Part shown: positions 45,897-55,330 of the stretch, one piece after another | Position numbering within the stretch: the stretch's first letter is position 1 | Layout of the letters: the number at the start of each line of letters is the position of its first letter | Source of the DNA: an uncultured Candidatus Saccharibacteria bacterium | GTDB lineage: Bacteria > Patescibacteriota > Minisyncoccia > Phycocordibacterales > UBA9973 | DNA: 64,000 bases | Direction of reading: 5' to 3' | Assembly (NCBI GenBank): GCA_964591445.1 | Contig: CAZQAW010000002.1 | Location: forward strand, 67,394 to 131,393 | The notes under the pieces: model-generated | Told to the model about the DNA's origin: nothing | Database searches by the model: none | What the model saw: the letters and a program-made list of their open reading frames with translations, nothing else | Program-made: the position numbers and the translations under genes

Positions 45897-46446
45897 GGTT
45901 TGCGAAAAAGTCTTCTACGTATTGTTTTTTGCCGGAAGGTTGATAGTCTGCCACGTATGAATGCTCCCACATGTCGAGCGCGAGTACGATTGCGCAATCT
46001 GTGAGATGTCCCACATGTTGTTCGTCTACCCATTGGAGGATAAGCTTGCTATTTTTCTTGTCGTAGAAAAGTATTGTCCAGCCGATACCACGTGTGAGCG
46101 CAGTTCCCTTGGTGCGGGCCATGAATGCGTCCCAACTTCCGAAATCTTTTGTAACTTGCGCTACAAATGCGCCAGCTGTGTCGACTGCTTGCGCGCCGCC
46201 TTCGAGCGAATGGAAATAATATTCGTGGTTGCGCATGCCGTCAAACTCGAAAGAAAATCTGCGCTGAAGTTCGCCAAGTTCGTAGGCGTATTTTTCAGAA
46301 TCCTTCATAAGCTCGGCCATATGCTCGTTTATCAAATTCGCATGCTTCACGTAGCCTTGATAAAGCTTCATGTGCTCTTCGATATTTTTGGTCGAAATGC
46401 CTTGTAATTCTGGGATGGTAAATGTGTGCGCTGTAAATGGTTGCAT
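45853..46446 (-). CDS. sodA: Fe/Mn superoxide dismutase
   Basis: 197 aa from MQPFTAHTFTIPELQ...HHSKHH-like N-domain...DMWEHSYV (metal ligand D-x-W-E-H). The ORF-track extension to 46971 is antisense to the next gene and rejected. Confidence 0.85.
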   Translation of the reverse strand: MQPFTAHTFTIPELQGISTKNIEEHMKLYQGYVKHANLINEHMAELMKDSEKYAYELGELQRRFSFEFDGMRNHEYYFHSLEGGAQAVDTAGAFVAQVTKDFGSWDAFMARTKGTALTRGIGWTILFYDKKNSKLILQWVDEQHVGHLTDCAIVLALDMWEHSYVADYQPSGKKQYVEDFFANLNWKVIEANFASAS

Positions 46447-46482
46447 AGTATAAGTGGTTACGAGTAATGTCTTTATTATATC

Positions 46483-47367
46483 ATGATCCTGTTTTGGTAT
46501 ACTTGCTGTATGCAATTCTTGAAACGGAACCGCTGGCTTATACTTTTGTGTCTTGTTTTGCTGTGTATTTTTGTCTGGTGGAAATTGTGGTCTGCCAATA
46601 CCGGCAAGTTGCAAGTTTCTTTTCTGGATATTGGACAAGGGGACAGTATTTTTATCCAAGCGCCCAACGGCCGGCAAGTTTTGATAGACGGCGGCAGAGA
46701 CCAGACTGTTTTGAAACGCCTCGGCGAAGTGATGCCGTATGGCGACCGCTCGATAGACGTGATGATTGCGACGCATCCGGACGCTGACCACATTGGCGGG
46801 CTGCCTTTTGTGCTTGCACACTACAATGTTGCGATGGTAATGGAGCCTGGCGTGGGCTCGGATTCTGACGTGTATCAAACTTTTGAAGAAAAAATAGGGG
46901 AAGAGAAAGCGGCGCGCGAGTACGCGCGCCGCGGCATGACCCTCGTTCTCGACCAAGAAAAAAACATCCACCTCGATATTTTATTCCCAGACCAAGACGT
47001 TTCAACGTGGGAAACGAACGAAGCCTCCATCGTTGCCAAGCTTGTCTATGGACACACTTCTTTTTTGTTGACCGGCGACGCGCCACGACAAACCGAACTT
47101 TATTTGGACAAACTCAACAAGAAAGAACTCGACGTCGACGTGCTCAAGCTCGGCCACCACGGTTCGCACACGTCTACTTCGCCGACATTTATCCAAGACA
47201 CAACGCCCGACTACGCCATTATTTCAGCAGGCAAAAACAACAGCTACGGCCACCCGCACCCAGAAGTCTTGCAAGTGCTGGAAGCTTTCCAAGTGCCGTA
47301 TCTTGCAACGTACGAACAGGGAACTATTACATTTGTAAGTGATGGAGAAGTGCTTATTAAGAAATAG
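46483..47367 (+). CDS. stand-alone ComEC-type metallo-beta-lactamase domain protein (membrane-anchored)
   Basis: N-terminal TM; VSFLDIGQGDSIFIQ...ATHPDADHIGG...LKLGHHGSHTS motifs of the ComEC C-terminal MBL nuclease domain. Confidence 0.75.
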   Translation: MILFWYTCCMQFLKRNRWLILLCLVLLCIFVWWKLWSANTGKLQVSFLDIGQGDSIFIQAPNGRQVLIDGGRDQTVLKRLGEVMPYGDRSIDVMIATHPDADHIGGLPFVLAHYNVAMVMEPGVGSDSDVYQTFEEKIGEEKAAREYARRGMTLVLDQEKNIHLDILFPDQDVSTWETNEASIVAKLVYGHTSFLLTGDAPRQTELYLDKLNKKELDVDVLKLGHHGSHTSTSPTFIQDTTPDYAIISAGKNNSYGHPHPEVLQVLEAFQVPYLATYEQGTITFVSDGEVLIKK

Positions 47368-47475
47368 CCAGAACATACTTTTTAAAAGCACGACATAAAA
47401 TCCTGGTGGATTTTTGCTCTGCTCGGCTCGACAGCCTGCGCAAGGCTTTTCAAAAGCATGTTCTGGCTATTTCTT
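47360..47475. repeat. 24-bp inverted repeat (1 mismatch) with 68-nt spacer bridging the stops of two convergent genes
   Basis: AGAAATAGCCAGAACATACTTTTT (47360..47383) versus AAAAGCATGTTCTGGCTATTTCTT (47452..47475). Confidence 0.45.
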
Positions 47476-47478
47476 TTC

Positions 47479-49266
47479 TTATTTAAAACAATAATGCTCC
47501 CAGGTAGTAGTCGGTTTGATGGTCGGAGTTTTGTAGTCCGGCAATGTGTCTTCGCGCATGTAGATTATTTTAAAGTTGTCGAGCTTCTGCCCGTCTTCCT
47601 TGTGGCTGTTGTTCCACTGTCGGCACAAATATTGCCCGTAGTACAAACGATACTTGCTGTAATCGCTTCGCCACAAATTCATCATGTATTTTTGCCAGCG
47701 TTGGTCGAAATACGTTTTCGAAACGAGCATCGGTTTGCCATAGTTTACCGGGCCGCCGTTTTTGTAGAGGTCAACCAAAGTTCCATCGCTCAGCGTGCCG
47801 GGAATAATGTACCAGCCGTCATCTATGAGCGGGTAAGGCGCAAACATGTCGAACTTTTGGTCGAGGCGTGTGACCCAGGCAAAAGGTTTCAAACTTTCGG
47901 GAATGATTTTCTTTGCACCGCCAAGCGTGTCGACGTTCCACAAAACAATATAAATAGTCACAAGCACAAGCGCTGTACTTTTCACTGCACGCACAACATT
48001 CTTCCGTTTTTCTTTGCCCGGAGAAAATATAACTTTCTTTGGTGGCAAGCAAATGGTGAGTCGTGAGTTTGCAGTTGTGCGATACAAATATTCTCCCACA
48101 TGGTGAATACCTGGTAATTTGAATACGAATACAAGCGGCCACCAGAGCGGAGAAAAACGAAGTGTGGCGATCAAACCATCAAATCCAAAAAACTTCCTGC
48201 CTTTTTCGTCTACTACAACCCATGAATTTTCTTTGCGCATGAGAGCTTCTATTTCTGCATCATTTTGCGCAGGCAAAATAGTTGTTTTCGGAGAAAGGAA
48301 AAGCAAACGTTTCAAGTATTGTACTGTGCGAGTGCAGAATCCGCAGTCTTTATCAAAGTAAATCGTGAGCCCAGCTTTGCGAGAAAATGCGAACCATGGG
48401 AGCACTTTGTCCCAGAAGATCGAAGGCAGAAGCCCGAGTGTGATAGCAATGCTGATCGCTCCGAAAAGCCCGATCGACATGGAAAGATTGATACCGATCT
48501 GGAACATTGCGAACAAAACAACTCCGACAAGGCGTGTATATTGATTCCATAAAGGGAAAATAAAAAGAAGGGTGCCATAAATCTCAAGCCAGATAGTCGA
48601 ATATGTGAGAAACGTAAGCGCGCGCGGGAAGCCAAGCAAAAAATGCCCGAACGGAGTAGTGAGCTGGTCGATGCTCAGTGCATAATACAGTGCGGTGCCA
48701 TCTTTCCATTGCACGCCTGTTTTCAAAAGTCCGGCAAAAAGATAGAAGACGAAAATCTGCGCAATGTAGCCGACAGTTGCGGCAGAAAACACGAGCTTTT
48801 CTTCGGCCGGTTTTGTATAGTTGCGGAAATTGTCAAAGCTCCATCGTGCGCCCCACGGCAGGAACATTGCAAAAAACATCACGCATCGCAAGATGACGTC
48901 GCCGCCTTGAATAACGAGAGGATTTCTATTTTGTACAGAAATAATAAGGAACCACGAAAGTACTGTTGCTAAAGTCGTGCGGTAGCCAATGAATACTGCG
49001 ACGGCAAGCAAGCCGGTGATGATGAAAAGAATTCCTTCAAAAAAAGCCGTGCCGCTCATGTGATGCACCGAAATGAGCCAAGGATTGTTGAAAAGTTCAA
49101 GAAGATGCGCGCGCGGCAATACGCCCAGATCTGTATAATGCGCCACCAAGCTCCGCCCGCGTTCGATAGTATCAAGCACAAGTATGAGCCCGATCGAGAT
49201 ACGCATCAAAGCCAAAGATCGGTAGTCGAGAGAGAAAAGCTTCTTCAAGTATTCGGTTATTTTCAT
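47479..49266 (-). CDS. HTTM domain membrane protein fused to a DCC1-like thiol-disulfide oxidoreductase (DUF393) and a C-terminal domain of unknown function
   Basis: N-terminal polytopic region with the HTTM (vitamin-K-carboxylase-like) topology; central IYFDKDCGFCTRTVQYLK matches the DCC/DUF393 CxxC motif; roughly 200-aa C-terminal domain unassigned. Confidence 0.7.
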   Translation of the reverse strand: MKITEYLKKLFSLDYRSLALMRISIGLILVLDTIERGRSLVAHYTDLGVLPRAHLLELFNNPWLISVHHMSGTAFFEGILFIITGLLAVAVFIGYRTTLATVLSWFLIISVQNRNPLVIQGGDVILRCVMFFAMFLPWGARWSFDNFRNYTKPAEEKLVFSAATVGYIAQIFVFYLFAGLLKTGVQWKDGTALYYALSIDQLTTPFGHFLLGFPRALTFLTYSTIWLEIYGTLLFIFPLWNQYTRLVGVVLFAMFQIGINLSMSIGLFGAISIAITLGLLPSIFWDKVLPWFAFSRKAGLTIYFDKDCGFCTRTVQYLKRLLFLSPKTTILPAQNDAEIEALMRKENSWVVVDEKGRKFFGFDGLIATLRFSPLWWPLVFVFKLPGIHHVGEYLYRTTANSRLTICLPPKKVIFSPGKEKRKNVVRAVKSTALVLVTIYIVLWNVDTLGGAKKIIPESLKPFAWVTRLDQKFDMFAPYPLIDDGWYIIPGTLSDGTLVDLYKNGGPVNYGKPMLVSKTYFDQRWQKYMMNLWRSDYSKYRLYYGQYLCRQWNNSHKEDGQKLDNFKIIYMREDTLPDYKTPTIKPTTTWEHYCFK

Positions 49267-49374
49267 GAGTTTAGTATAGCAAAATATGCTTTTCTCGCAG
49301 ACTTGCTTTTTCTATAAGATGTTATATAATGCATTCAAACAAAAATTAAGTCAAGTCTCTAAAAATAAATAAAA

Positions 49375-49887
49375 ATGAAAAAAACAAAAATCTTTGATTT
49401 TAAAGTACGTCCTTCACAAATACTTCTTGAAGAATTCGAGAAAAGGGGCTTGGAATATCGCGCTCATGAAATTGCACCGGGAGGGAATGCTTCGGAATTA
49501 TTTTTTGCTGTCCCTTCAGACTCTCAGGAAAGATCGTTAGCCCTTATATCTATCAAAGAGTGTTCTTGGAATAAGTATTCTAAAAATGCTGAGGAAGAGT
49601 TTACAAAATATATTGCTGCTCTTGGGTATAAACCTGTTGCAAATGCCCACCCAACTCTTCTCATTAACTCTTTGAAAAAGCTAAATGAAGGTGTATTCAA
49701 AAAAGTGGGGATGAGGTGGTTTGAGTCCTTGCTTTTGGTGCAGGATAAAAAAGGATATAACATTGTGGTCGATAACGGTGAGGATTGTGTTTTCTCAATT
49801 CAAAGAGGCATGTCGAAAAAATATCTTTTTGGTCTGCATCAAAGAATTTTTCATGAAGAGGATGCTTATATTGTAGAGAAAATTTAA
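49375..49887 (+). CDS. hypothetical protein
   Basis: 170-aa ORF with terminator downstream. Confidence 0.45.
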   Translation: MKKTKIFDFKVRPSQILLEEFEKRGLEYRAHEIAPGGNASELFFAVPSDSQERSLALISIKECSWNKYSKNAEEEFTKYIAALGYKPVANAHPTLLINSLKKLNEGVFKKVGMRWFESLLLVQDKKGYNIVVDNGEDCVFSIQRGMSKKYLFGLHQRIFHEEDAYIVEKI

Positions 49888-49891
49888 TTTT

Positions 49892-49924
49892 AAAAAACCT
49901 TTCCGAGCGGAAAGGTTTTTTTAT
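49892..49924. terminator. bidirectional terminator (49375 gene / rpmB)
   Basis: AAAACCTTTCCGAGCGGAAAGGTTTTTTT. Confidence 0.65.
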
Positions 49925-50166
49925 TTGATTACTCCAGCTTTTTTCAAAGTTGCGTAGGCTCCGTTTTTTGCTAGTGTGCGCATGCCTTCTGTTGAGACTG
50001 AAAGCGTAAATGTTTTGCCGAGTTCTGGAACAAAAATGCGCTTTTTCTGGAGGTTTGGATACTTGCGGTGGCTGCCAGTCGGAGTAAAGATGGTAGCACG
50101 AGTACGGTTGGCGTATTTACCGCCGACAAGTGAGCTCTTTTTAGTTATTGCGCAGACTTTTGACAT
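49921..50166 (-). CDS. rpmB: 50S ribosomal protein L28
   Basis: MSKVCAITKKSSLVGGKYANRTRATIFTPTGSHRKYPNLQKKRIFVPELGK. Confidence 0.85.
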   Translation of the reverse strand: MSKVCAITKKSSLVGGKYANRTRATIFTPTGSHRKYPNLQKKRIFVPELGKTFTLSVSTEGMRTLAKNGAYATLKKAGVIK

Positions 50167-50207
50167 ATAGGTTTTGTGCCCCTTATGCTATCATATAGCT
50201 ATACATT

Positions 50208-50825
50208 ATGCAAGAGCTCGACGCTTTGTTCTATATAGTCATACTCATTATGTCCGTCGTGGTGCACGAGGTTGCTCACGGCTATGCGGCGTACTATTTT
50301 GGCGATACGACTGCCCGCGACCAAGGTCGGCTTACTTTGAACCCGATCAAGCATTTGGACATGTTTGGGTCGGTCATCATCCCGCTTATTCTTATCCTTA
50401 CCAAAGCTGGCTTCGTTTTTGGCTGGGCAAAGCCGGTGCCTTACAATCCGAACAATTTGTCTGACCGAAAAACGGGAACATTGTGGGTCGCAAGCGCAGG
50501 CATCATTGCAAATCTTGTGCTCGCAGTTTTCTTTGGGCTTATACTTCGTTTTGCTGGCGCGCATTTGCCGGGTGCGGTTAGTATTATTCTAAGCACTATC
50601 GTTTTTGTAAATATCGTCCTTGCAATCTTCAATCTCATTCCGCTTCCGCCGCTTGATGGTTCGAAAATTCTTTTTACTTTACTCGGACATCGCTCACATA
50701 AAGTCGAACGATTTCTAGAAACGTACGCACTTGCATTCGTGCTTATATTTGTGTTTTTCATTTGGAGGTATGTCGCACCGGTGATCGTTTGGCTCTTTAC
50801 TATTATTACAGGCATTCACCCATAA
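50208..50825 (+). CDS. site-2 protease family (peptidase M50) intramembrane metalloprotease
   Basis: HEVAHG (HExxH) in TM1 and NLIPLPPLDGS (LDG motif) in a later TM. Confidence 0.8.
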   Translation: MQELDALFYIVILIMSVVVHEVAHGYAAYYFGDTTARDQGRLTLNPIKHLDMFGSVIIPLILILTKAGFVFGWAKPVPYNPNNLSDRKTGTLWVASAGIIANLVLAVFFGLILRFAGAHLPGAVSIILSTIVFVNIVLAIFNLIPLPPLDGSKILFTLLGHRSHKVERFLETYALAFVLIFVFFIWRYVAPVIVWLFTIITGIHP

Positions 50826-50826
50826 T

Positions 50827-52785
50827 ATGAAAAAGTTCGTCACAGCATCTCTTTTTTTGCTTGCTACACTTTTTGTTTTTTTTCTCGCGCCTCGTTTTTC
50901 TCAAGCATCTGCAACAGTTGGAAGCATTGACCCAACGTCTTCTGGCAACTACAAAGCAAAACTTTTGTATGATGGAAGCGTTGTTAATTTCGGATATTTT
51001 CCGACGACGAATCCAAGCAAGCAAGTTTCGGTAACGACAAGCGAGCTTGATGGATACATCTGGGGTGAGACGATCGGCTGGGTGAGTTTGAATTGCTCAA
51101 ACAACAGTTCGTGCGGATCTTCCAATTTCAAAGTTTCCAATACTTCAAGCGGAGTTCTTTCTGGCTACGCGTGGGGAGAAAATGCTGGTTGGGTAAACTT
51201 TGGTCCGTTTGCAAATTCTGCTACTCCGTCCGTTGCTATCGACTCGACCGGATATTTTTCTGGTTTCGCATGGAGTGAAAATTTTGGCTGGATACAGTTT
51301 GATTGCGGAGTAGTAAATGCTTGCGTGAACACCGACTGGCGATATCCGTCTGGCACAAGCGGCGGAGGCGGCGTTGTTATTCCACCAACGACTACAGGCA
51401 CGAGCGGCACGACAACCACAAATGGTACGACAGATGGAAATGGAAACACTGTCGGCTCCACTGATGCAGGTGGAACAACCGATACTTCTGGCACAACCGG
51501 AACCGGGTTTGGAACTACGAGCGGCGGAAGCACTGGCTCATCTGGCAGTACAACCGGAAGCGGATTTGACCCGGGAACTTCCGGAGGCACAGGCGGGTTT
51601 GTGGGTGGATTTTTCTCGACCGGCGGCGGTGCGCAAGGTGGAAACAATGGCGGAAGCGGAAATGGCGCAAGTTCTGGCGGGCAAAGCAATCCGAACAATC
51701 CAACTTCAGATTCTTCTTGTGGCTCGCTCAGTATATTAAACGCTATCGTTTGCACGGTTCTTGAAACGTATCACTTCACGCAAGAATCTTTTATTGACGT
51801 AGTTGGCGGCATACGAAATGTGCTCTCAACTCCGGAAGGCGATAGCATTACGAAAATCATTGCAATCGTCGGACTTATTTTCGGTGCGCTTTTTGCGGTA
51901 CTGCCCGTGCTCTTTGGCACACCGCTTTCATTTTCTGAAATCGTTCTCATCCCGTATCGTTTGTGGTCGCTGCTTATGACGCTCTTTGGGTTGCGCAAGC
52001 GTTCACGTCCATGGGGAACGGTGTATGACTCTGTCACCAAGCAGCCTCTTGATCCGGTAATGGTGACACTTTCCGACATGGATGGAAAAGAAATCGCAAC
52101 GTCGATCACCGATATGGATGGCCGCTACGGATTCTTGGTCGGCCCCGGCATGTATCGCATCACTCCGGCAAAAACACACTATTCGTTTCCATCGGCAAAG
52201 CTCGTCGGCAAGACGAGCGACGAAGTGTATCCGAATTTGTATTTCGGTTATCCAATAGAAATCACTCAAGAAAGTGAAGTCATCACCAAAAATATTCCGA
52301 TGGATCCGGACAATTTTGATTGGAACGAATTTGCAAAACGCGACCAGCATTTGATGACGTTCTATTCAAAACAAACTGTCATTGTGGCAAAAGTTGCAAG
52401 CGTGTTGTTCTCTGTCGGGTTTACGCTTTCGTTCATCGCGCTCGTGTCTTCGTTTGAACTGTACAATGTTTGTATCTTCGCGCTCTACATCGCCCTCTTT
52501 ATTTTGCGCGAAACTGGTTTGAAGACTCGCCCTGGCGGCAAACTTGTAGATAAAAGCGGCGCACCGCTTTCGTTCGGCGTTGTTCGAGTCTTTACTGCAA
52601 CTTCCAAAACGAATGTGGCTACGCGCGTTGCCGACAAATACGGCACGTATTATTGTCTTATCCAAAATGGCGAGTACTACGTGACCATCGAACGCAAAAA
52701 TGCCGACCAATCTTACACTGTACTCCTTACCTCACCAACTATTCATGTCACGAACGGATTTATCAACACGACCTTCACTATATAG
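50827..52785 (+). CDS. large membrane/surface protein with three G[YF]AW[SG]ENxGW repeats, a Gly/Thr/Ser-rich linker, TM helices and two CarbopepD_reg-like beta-sandwich domains
   Basis: GYIWGETIGWVSLNC, GYAWGENAGWVNFG, GFAWSENFGWIQFDC; (G/T/S)n region 51350..51700; TVYDSVTKQPLDPVMVTLSDMDGKEIATSITDMDGRYGF resembles carboxypeptidase-regulatory-like domains. Confidence 0.6.
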   Translation: MKKFVTASLFLLATLFVFFLAPRFSQASATVGSIDPTSSGNYKAKLLYDGSVVNFGYFPTTNPSKQVSVTTSELDGYIWGETIGWVSLNCSNNSSCGSSNFKVSNTSSGVLSGYAWGENAGWVNFGPFANSATPSVAIDSTGYFSGFAWSENFGWIQFDCGVVNACVNTDWRYPSGTSGGGGVVIPPTTTGTSGTTTTNGTTDGNGNTVGSTDAGGTTDTSGTTGTGFGTTSGGSTGSSGSTTGSGFDPGTSGGTGGFVGGFFSTGGGAQGGNNGGSGNGASSGGQSNPNNPTSDSSCGSLSILNAIVCTVLETYHFTQESFIDVVGGIRNVLSTPEGDSITKIIAIVGLIFGALFAVLPVLFGTPLSFSEIVLIPYRLWSLLMTLFGLRKRSRPWGTVYDSVTKQPLDPVMVTLSDMDGKEIATSITDMDGRYGFLVGPGMYRITPAKTHYSFPSAKLVGKTSDEVYPNLYFGYPIEITQESEVITKNIPMDPDNFDWNEFAKRDQHLMTFYSKQTVIVAKVASVLFSVGFTLSFIALVSSFELYNVCIFALYIALFILRETGLKTRPGGKLVDKSGAPLSFGVVRVFTATSKTNVATRVADKYGTYYCLIQNGEYYVTIERKNADQSYTVLLTSPTIHVTNGFINTTFTI

Positions 52786-52800
52786 TGCTATACTAGCTGT

Positions 52801-54357
52801 ATGAAGAAGTTTCCTTTTCTCTCGCGCGTACAACATCATCCGCTTTTCACGCTCGTATTTTTCATCGCTTTCGGGCTTGTGGTTTCTTTCGTAAGCGTTT
52901 TTGCCGTGCCACCGGCAACAAAGTATGATCCTGGCGCAACGCTTGACCCAACATGTGCTCCGGGTGATACGAATTGTTCGGTTGCGGTGGGGACGGTTAC
53001 GCAAAGTTCTGGAACGCAAACTGATGGATATATTCCTTATTGGACTTCAAATGATAGAGAGCTTTTTATCGGAGGTCCGCAATTCCAGTGGGATGCAAAT
53101 CGGCGCCGTCTGGGTATCAACACAAACAGCGGACCGACCGCCACTCTCGATGTAGCTGACAATGGCGATTATGAAAATGATATTTTTCGCATTGCTGGTG
53201 CAACTTCGACTGTTGGGGATAGTGCTGGAATTTCAATAAGCTTGGGTACGGCTCTTGCTCAAAATGGCGTTGGTCAAACGGGATATGACGGTGGTGCTAT
53301 ATCTTTCTTAAGCGGTCGTGGTGGCGCTGGTGACGTAAGCGGTGGACTTGGTGGAAATGTCACTATTGGTGCACACAAGGGTGGCAATGCAAGCAGTGGT
53401 GTTGGTGGCGTGGGTGGTGGTGTTGTTATTAACGCTGGCGGCGCAGGGAACTCTGCAAACTCTGCAAATGGCGGGAATGGGGGCAGTATAAGTCTTAACG
53501 GGGGAGCACCAACTACTGGTGAATCTGTCGGCGGCGCAGGAGGTACTATAACACTTACTTCAGGTGCTGGAGGAGATATTACCAATGGCGCGGGCGCGAC
53601 AGCTGCTTCTGGTGCGCATATTCTTCTTACTTCGGGCAACGGCGGAAGCGCGCCGTCGGGCAGTACAAATGGCAATGGTGGAAATATTATTCTTGCCCCA
53701 GGAGTTGCAGGTACTGGTGGAGGCAACAGTGGTTCTATTGGCAATGTACTTCTTGCTGTTTCTGGTGGAAATGTTGGCGTGGGTATTACGAGCCCTCTTT
53801 ATCGGCTTCATGTTAAAGGCGACAACGGCGCTGGTGTCGTTGCAAAATTTGAAACTTCTGGTGGTGCAACAGCCTGTACGCTTTCTGCAACGACTGGACT
53901 TCTCAACTGTTCATCTGATTCTCGTTTGAAAAAAGATATTGAAAATATCGGCAGTGTACTCGACAAGATGCTTGCGCTTCGTCCGGTGTCTTACCGATGG
54001 AATACAGAAGACTCTGATGCTCCGCTTAAATACGGTTTCATTGCGCAAGAAGTCGAAGAGCAATTTCCGGCAACTGTTACGACTGATGAAGAAAGTGGAT
54101 ATAAACTTTTTTCACTCCAAGGTTTGATTCCTTACATTGTTAAATCTCTTAAAGAATTGAACGACAAAGTTGATTCTATTTCTGGCAATATTTCAAGCCA
54201 GGTTACGCAGGTGGTGCAAAGCATCATGCCGAGCCTGACTGTCGGCTCGGCCGAAGCTCCGACAGGTATTACGTTGTTCGACAAAACTACAACCGAACCG
54301 CATTGCCTTTCTATAAATAACGGCATCATCGAAACTACTCCTGGTGCGTGCCAGTAA
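52801..54357 (+). CDS. membrane-anchored tail-fibre-like protein with glycine-rich beta-helix repeats and C-terminal Peptidase_S74 intramolecular chaperone domain
   Basis: C-terminus SDSRLKKDIENIGSVLDKMLALRPVSYRWNTEDSDAPLKYGFIAQEVEEQFPATVTTDEESGYKLFSLQGLIPYIVKSLKEL closely follows the phage endosialidase/tail-fibre chaperone consensus (SDxRLKxDI ... GxIAQEVEE). Confidence 0.7.
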   Translation: MKKFPFLSRVQHHPLFTLVFFIAFGLVVSFVSVFAVPPATKYDPGATLDPTCAPGDTNCSVAVGTVTQSSGTQTDGYIPYWTSNDRELFIGGPQFQWDANRRRLGINTNSGPTATLDVADNGDYENDIFRIAGATSTVGDSAGISISLGTALAQNGVGQTGYDGGAISFLSGRGGAGDVSGGLGGNVTIGAHKGGNASSGVGGVGGGVVINAGGAGNSANSANGGNGGSISLNGGAPTTGESVGGAGGTITLTSGAGGDITNGAGATAASGAHILLTSGNGGSAPSGSTNGNGGNIILAPGVAGTGGGNSGSIGNVLLAVSGGNVGVGITSPLYRLHVKGDNGAGVVAKFETSGGATACTLSATTGLLNCSSDSRLKKDIENIGSVLDKMLALRPVSYRWNTEDSDAPLKYGFIAQEVEEQFPATVTTDEESGYKLFSLQGLIPYIVKSLKELNDKVDSISGNISSQVTQVVQSIMPSLTVGSAEAPTGITLFDKTTTEPHCLSINNGIIETTPGACQ

Positions 54358-54477
54358 CTATGTAAAAAATCCATAGAATAAGCCCCAAAAATCCCCGAGT
54401 GGTTATCCACAAGGGGATTTGACATTGACAAATAAATAGTGTATAGTGTAGAAAACCTTTAAAAAACAAAAAAGATA

Positions 54478-55239
54478 ATGAAAAACTACAAATCTATTCC
54501 GAAAGCACAGTACTCTAATAAGGAAATGCGTCTGATTCTGTTAAAGATTTTTATTTTCCACCTGTTAACGGTCATGTTGATGTTCAATCATGCACATGCC
54601 AACGTAAAAATCATTCGTTTTGATAAACAAAATGGTTTTACAGTAGATTCAACATCGTCCACAAATTTCAACAGAATTACTCCTCAGATGGAGGTTTGGG
54701 CAATAGGTGACACGTTCAATGTTGTCCCTACGGGGTCACCTCAGCCGTATCCCCAGTGGAGATTCATGAGATATTTCCATGTTTCGACTGGTACAAATCC
54801 GGTCGCGTATGCAGGTTTAAAACTTACACTTGCTGCTGACACAACCAATCCGGCAACATTTATCGAATACACTTTGAACACACCTGTAATGATACAGCCA
54901 ACAGATGATAGTTTGTTGATAGACATGGGAGTATTAGACGAGTGCACCGTTTATTCTTACGGTGTTGATATGTTTTACAGTATCGACACTGTAAAATCTG
55001 CTTTTTCGCAGATAAAGATTATGGAGTGTACCACAGGAATTACTTCACAAGAAATCAACTTCACGCTATATAACGGTACTATTGTTGCACCACTAAAGGC
55101 CACAATTGAAGTGTACGATCTTGCAAGCCGAAAAATCCGGCACGGCATTTCAGAGCTTAATGTTTCTGATCTACATGGTATATATCTGGTGAGGGTTTCT
55201 GTGGCTAAGAATTTTAGTACCAGAAAATATAGTTTTTAA
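54478..55239 (+). CDS. secreted protein with T9SS-type C-terminal sorting-like domain
   Basis: Signal peptide MRLILLKIFIFHLLTVMLMFNHAHA (probable start at 54526); C-terminus TIEVYDLASRKIRHG...GIYLVRVSV. Confidence 0.5.
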   Translation: MKNYKSIPKAQYSNKEMRLILLKIFIFHLLTVMLMFNHAHANVKIIRFDKQNGFTVDSTSSTNFNRITPQMEVWAIGDTFNVVPTGSPQPYPQWRFMRYFHVSTGTNPVAYAGLKLTLAADTTNPATFIEYTLNTPVMIQPTDDSLLIDMGVLDECTVYSYGVDMFYSIDTVKSAFSQIKIMECTTGITSQEINFTLYNGTIVAPLKATIEVYDLASRKIRHGISELNVSDLHGIYLVRVSVAKNFSTRKYSF

Positions 55240-55297
55240 AAAATAAGCGAAACTGTGTCATTGAAAGAAATGGGTTTTTCTGTAACAGCTAGCTTTT

Positions 55298-55330
55298 GCC
55301 ACCTCTACTGCACGGGGTGGCTTTTTTTTA
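55298..55330 (+). terminator. rho-independent terminator
   Basis: GCCACCTCTACTGCACGGGGTGGC then TTTTTTTT. Confidence 0.5.

Noticed and set aside
46447-46971. N-terminal 175-aa extension of the SOD ORF (ORF track 45853..46971)
   Set aside because: The extension has no SOD homology, overlaps the well-supported MBL-domain gene on the opposite strand, and a canonical SOD N-terminus begins at the internal ATG 46446.
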